From the human T2T-CHM13v2.0 reference genome, Homo sapiens, in assembly GCF_009914755.1 (NCBI RefSeq), contig NC_060928.1: DNA of 64,000 bases. The stretch is one strand, 5' to 3'. The position numbers and the translations under genes were made by a program. Shown here piece by piece: positions 62,232 to 64,000 of this stretch. Below the pieces are notes generated by a model. It was not told where the DNA came from and made no database searches. It worked only from the letters and a program-made list of their open reading frames with translations. Every line of letters starts with the position of its first letter. Position 1 is the first letter of the stretch.

Positions 62232-62794
62232 TGTCATGCTCAGGGTCAGGTTCCAGCCCCAGCTGAGGGCTGAGGGGAGTGGGTGGACATGGGGCAGGGA
62301 GCTGGAAGAACACTCGAGAGACAGCAGGTAGATGAGACATGGCTTTATTCAGCAGCAGTTTTCATTAACAGCTTTCTCACACTAGCTATCTCACACTGTC
62401 TGCCCTGTCTCAGTTGCTTAGTTCAGCAGCTCCCAAACACACAGCTGCACCGACAGCCCTCCCTTGCCTTCAGGGTCAGCAGCTTAACTCTCTCTCTCTG
62501 GGCACAAGTGAGCTGAGCTGTGTCCTGGCTCCCTCCTGTCTATCTACAAAGACAGACCCCTCTGGCTCTCTCTCTCTCTTTGGGTGCCAGCGCACCTGTA
62601 CAGTGTCAGCAGGACAATTATACCTTTTGCAAACAATACTGGCTTAGAGCAAGGCATGGCCTTCCCATGTTATGGCTACATGGCTGTGATAACAAGTGGA
62701 GTTATATGTGTGCACTCTAAACTCACAAGTCATGCAGAATGCAAACATCTTACCTTGGCCTATCCTTGAACAAACCACAGCCATGTTCCTTACA
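62232..62794 (-). mobile_element. LTR18B-like solo LTR (class III ERV)
   Basis: Minus strand starts TGTAAGGAACATGGCTGTGGTTTGTTCAAGGATAGGCC; 5-bp TSD GGCTA (62227-62231, 62795-62799). Confidence 0.82.
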
Positions 62795-63011
62795 GGCTAT
62801 TATTAAAAAGTCAAAAAATAACAGATGCTGGTGAGGTTGCAGAGAAAAAGGAACACTTATACACTATTGGTGGGAATGTAAATTAGTTCAGTCATTGTGG
62901 AAGACAGTGTGGCGATTCCTCAGAGACCTAAAAACAGAAATACCATTCCACACAGCAGTTCCATGAACAGGAATATACCCAAAGGAATATAAACCATTCT
63001 GTCATAAAGAC

Positions 63012-63266
63012 ATGTGCACATGTATCTTCACTGCAGCACTGTTCACAAGAAAAGAGACATATATTCAACCTAAATGCCCATCAATAGTAGATTGGATAAA
63101 GAAAATGTGGTACATATACATCATGGAATACTATGCAGCTATGAAAAAGAACAAGATCATGTCCTTTGCAGGAACACGGATGGAGCTGGAGGCCTTTATC
63201 CTTAGCAAACTAAAGCAGGAACAGAAAACCAAATACTGCATGTTCTCACTTATAAGTGGGAGCTAA
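63012..63266 (+). pseudogene. Remnant of L1 ORF2p C-terminus (non-functional)
   Basis: Translation contains QPKCPS..DWIKKMWYIY.MEYYAA.KK and ends MFSLISGS, the L1 ORF2p C-terminus. Confidence 0.9.
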
Positions 63267-64000
63267 ATGATGAGAACACATGGACTCATAGAGGGGAACA
63301 ATAGACATTGGGGCCTATTGGAGTGTGGAGGGTGGGAGGAGGGAAAGGATCATGAAAAATAACTAACGGGCACTAGGCTTAATAACTGGGTGACAAAATA
63401 GTCTGCACAACAAATCCCCCTGGTACAAACGTACTTCTGAACTTAAAAATAATTTTTTTTTAAATTGAGCCATTTTCAAAATGGATAGGAGAAATGAGCC
63501 TGAACATAAAGCCTGTCTCTAATTCAGAAGTTGTATCCAATAAGCTTCTCTTCTCCTTCTCTAGCCATCCTGTGACCTACAGCTCCTCCATAAGCTTTGG
63601 AATGTTCATGATGGATCCAAGAAATCTTGGTATCAAGGGTATCATTTGGATCCATATGTTTTCTCCCTAATGGTCAAGCCCTAGTATGAGAGAAAAACAC
63701 CAAAATTACAGAAATCCTACACACGAAATAGAAGAAAATTGAAGACATTATTCTGAGTTAAAATAGAATGCAAATGATAACCTGTTACCCTGTCTGGTGA
63801 GACAAAATACACAACACTGGAAAACTGTAAAAGTACCATCTAGGGAAATAAATCTCTCCTCTGTAATTTGGGTGAGCATAGCTCATCCTAAATCCATTAA
63901 TTACCATCCTTTTAAAAGCACTCCAAATCAATATGTTCTCCCCTTGGAGATTATTCAGATGAGCAGAACGGTTGTAAAATACTTCTTTGGCTAATATGGA

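Larger units (their letters stand above)
62226..63461 (+). mobile_element. 5'-truncated L1PA-type 3' end interrupted at its tip by LTR18B
   Basis: Sense L1 ORF2 end and 3'UTR at 62795-63450; TSD AAATTGAGCCA(C/T)TTTC at 62210-62225 and 63462-63477. Confidence 0.9.

Overview
Repeat-dense primate (hominoid, probably human) non-coding DNA, either intergenic or deep intronic. I found no credible protein-coding exon, RNA gene, CpG island or CRISPR array, and I cannot name the locus. The recognisable ORFs in the track are Alu, MaLR or L1 translations; the rest look like chance frames. The window holds about 40 Alu copies or fragments spanning FAM/FLAM/FRAM, AluJ, AluS and AluY, including one pristine 5'-truncated AluYe-type insertion. 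It also holds MIR, L2, CR1 and L1 fragments, hAT and mariner fossils, and many LTR elements: a near-complete MST provirus, THE1D, MSTD, MLT1, and solo LTRs of LTR2B, LTR10A, MER4, LTR7, LTR18B and MER66 type. I see no evidence for a new biological system. The most notable signals are mechanistic or regulatory: a 180-bp local templated insertion inside an Alu, a twin-primed inverted L1, an Alu-internal fold-back duplication, and a cluster of regulatory-type ERV LTRs (LTR10A with AP-1 repeats, LTR7 with an intact promoter) just upstream of a ~3.5-kb block with no recognisable Alu, LTR or L1. Family and subfamily names come from recalled consensus sequences and need RepeatMasker/Dfam confirmation. 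Boundaries of old elements are approximate.
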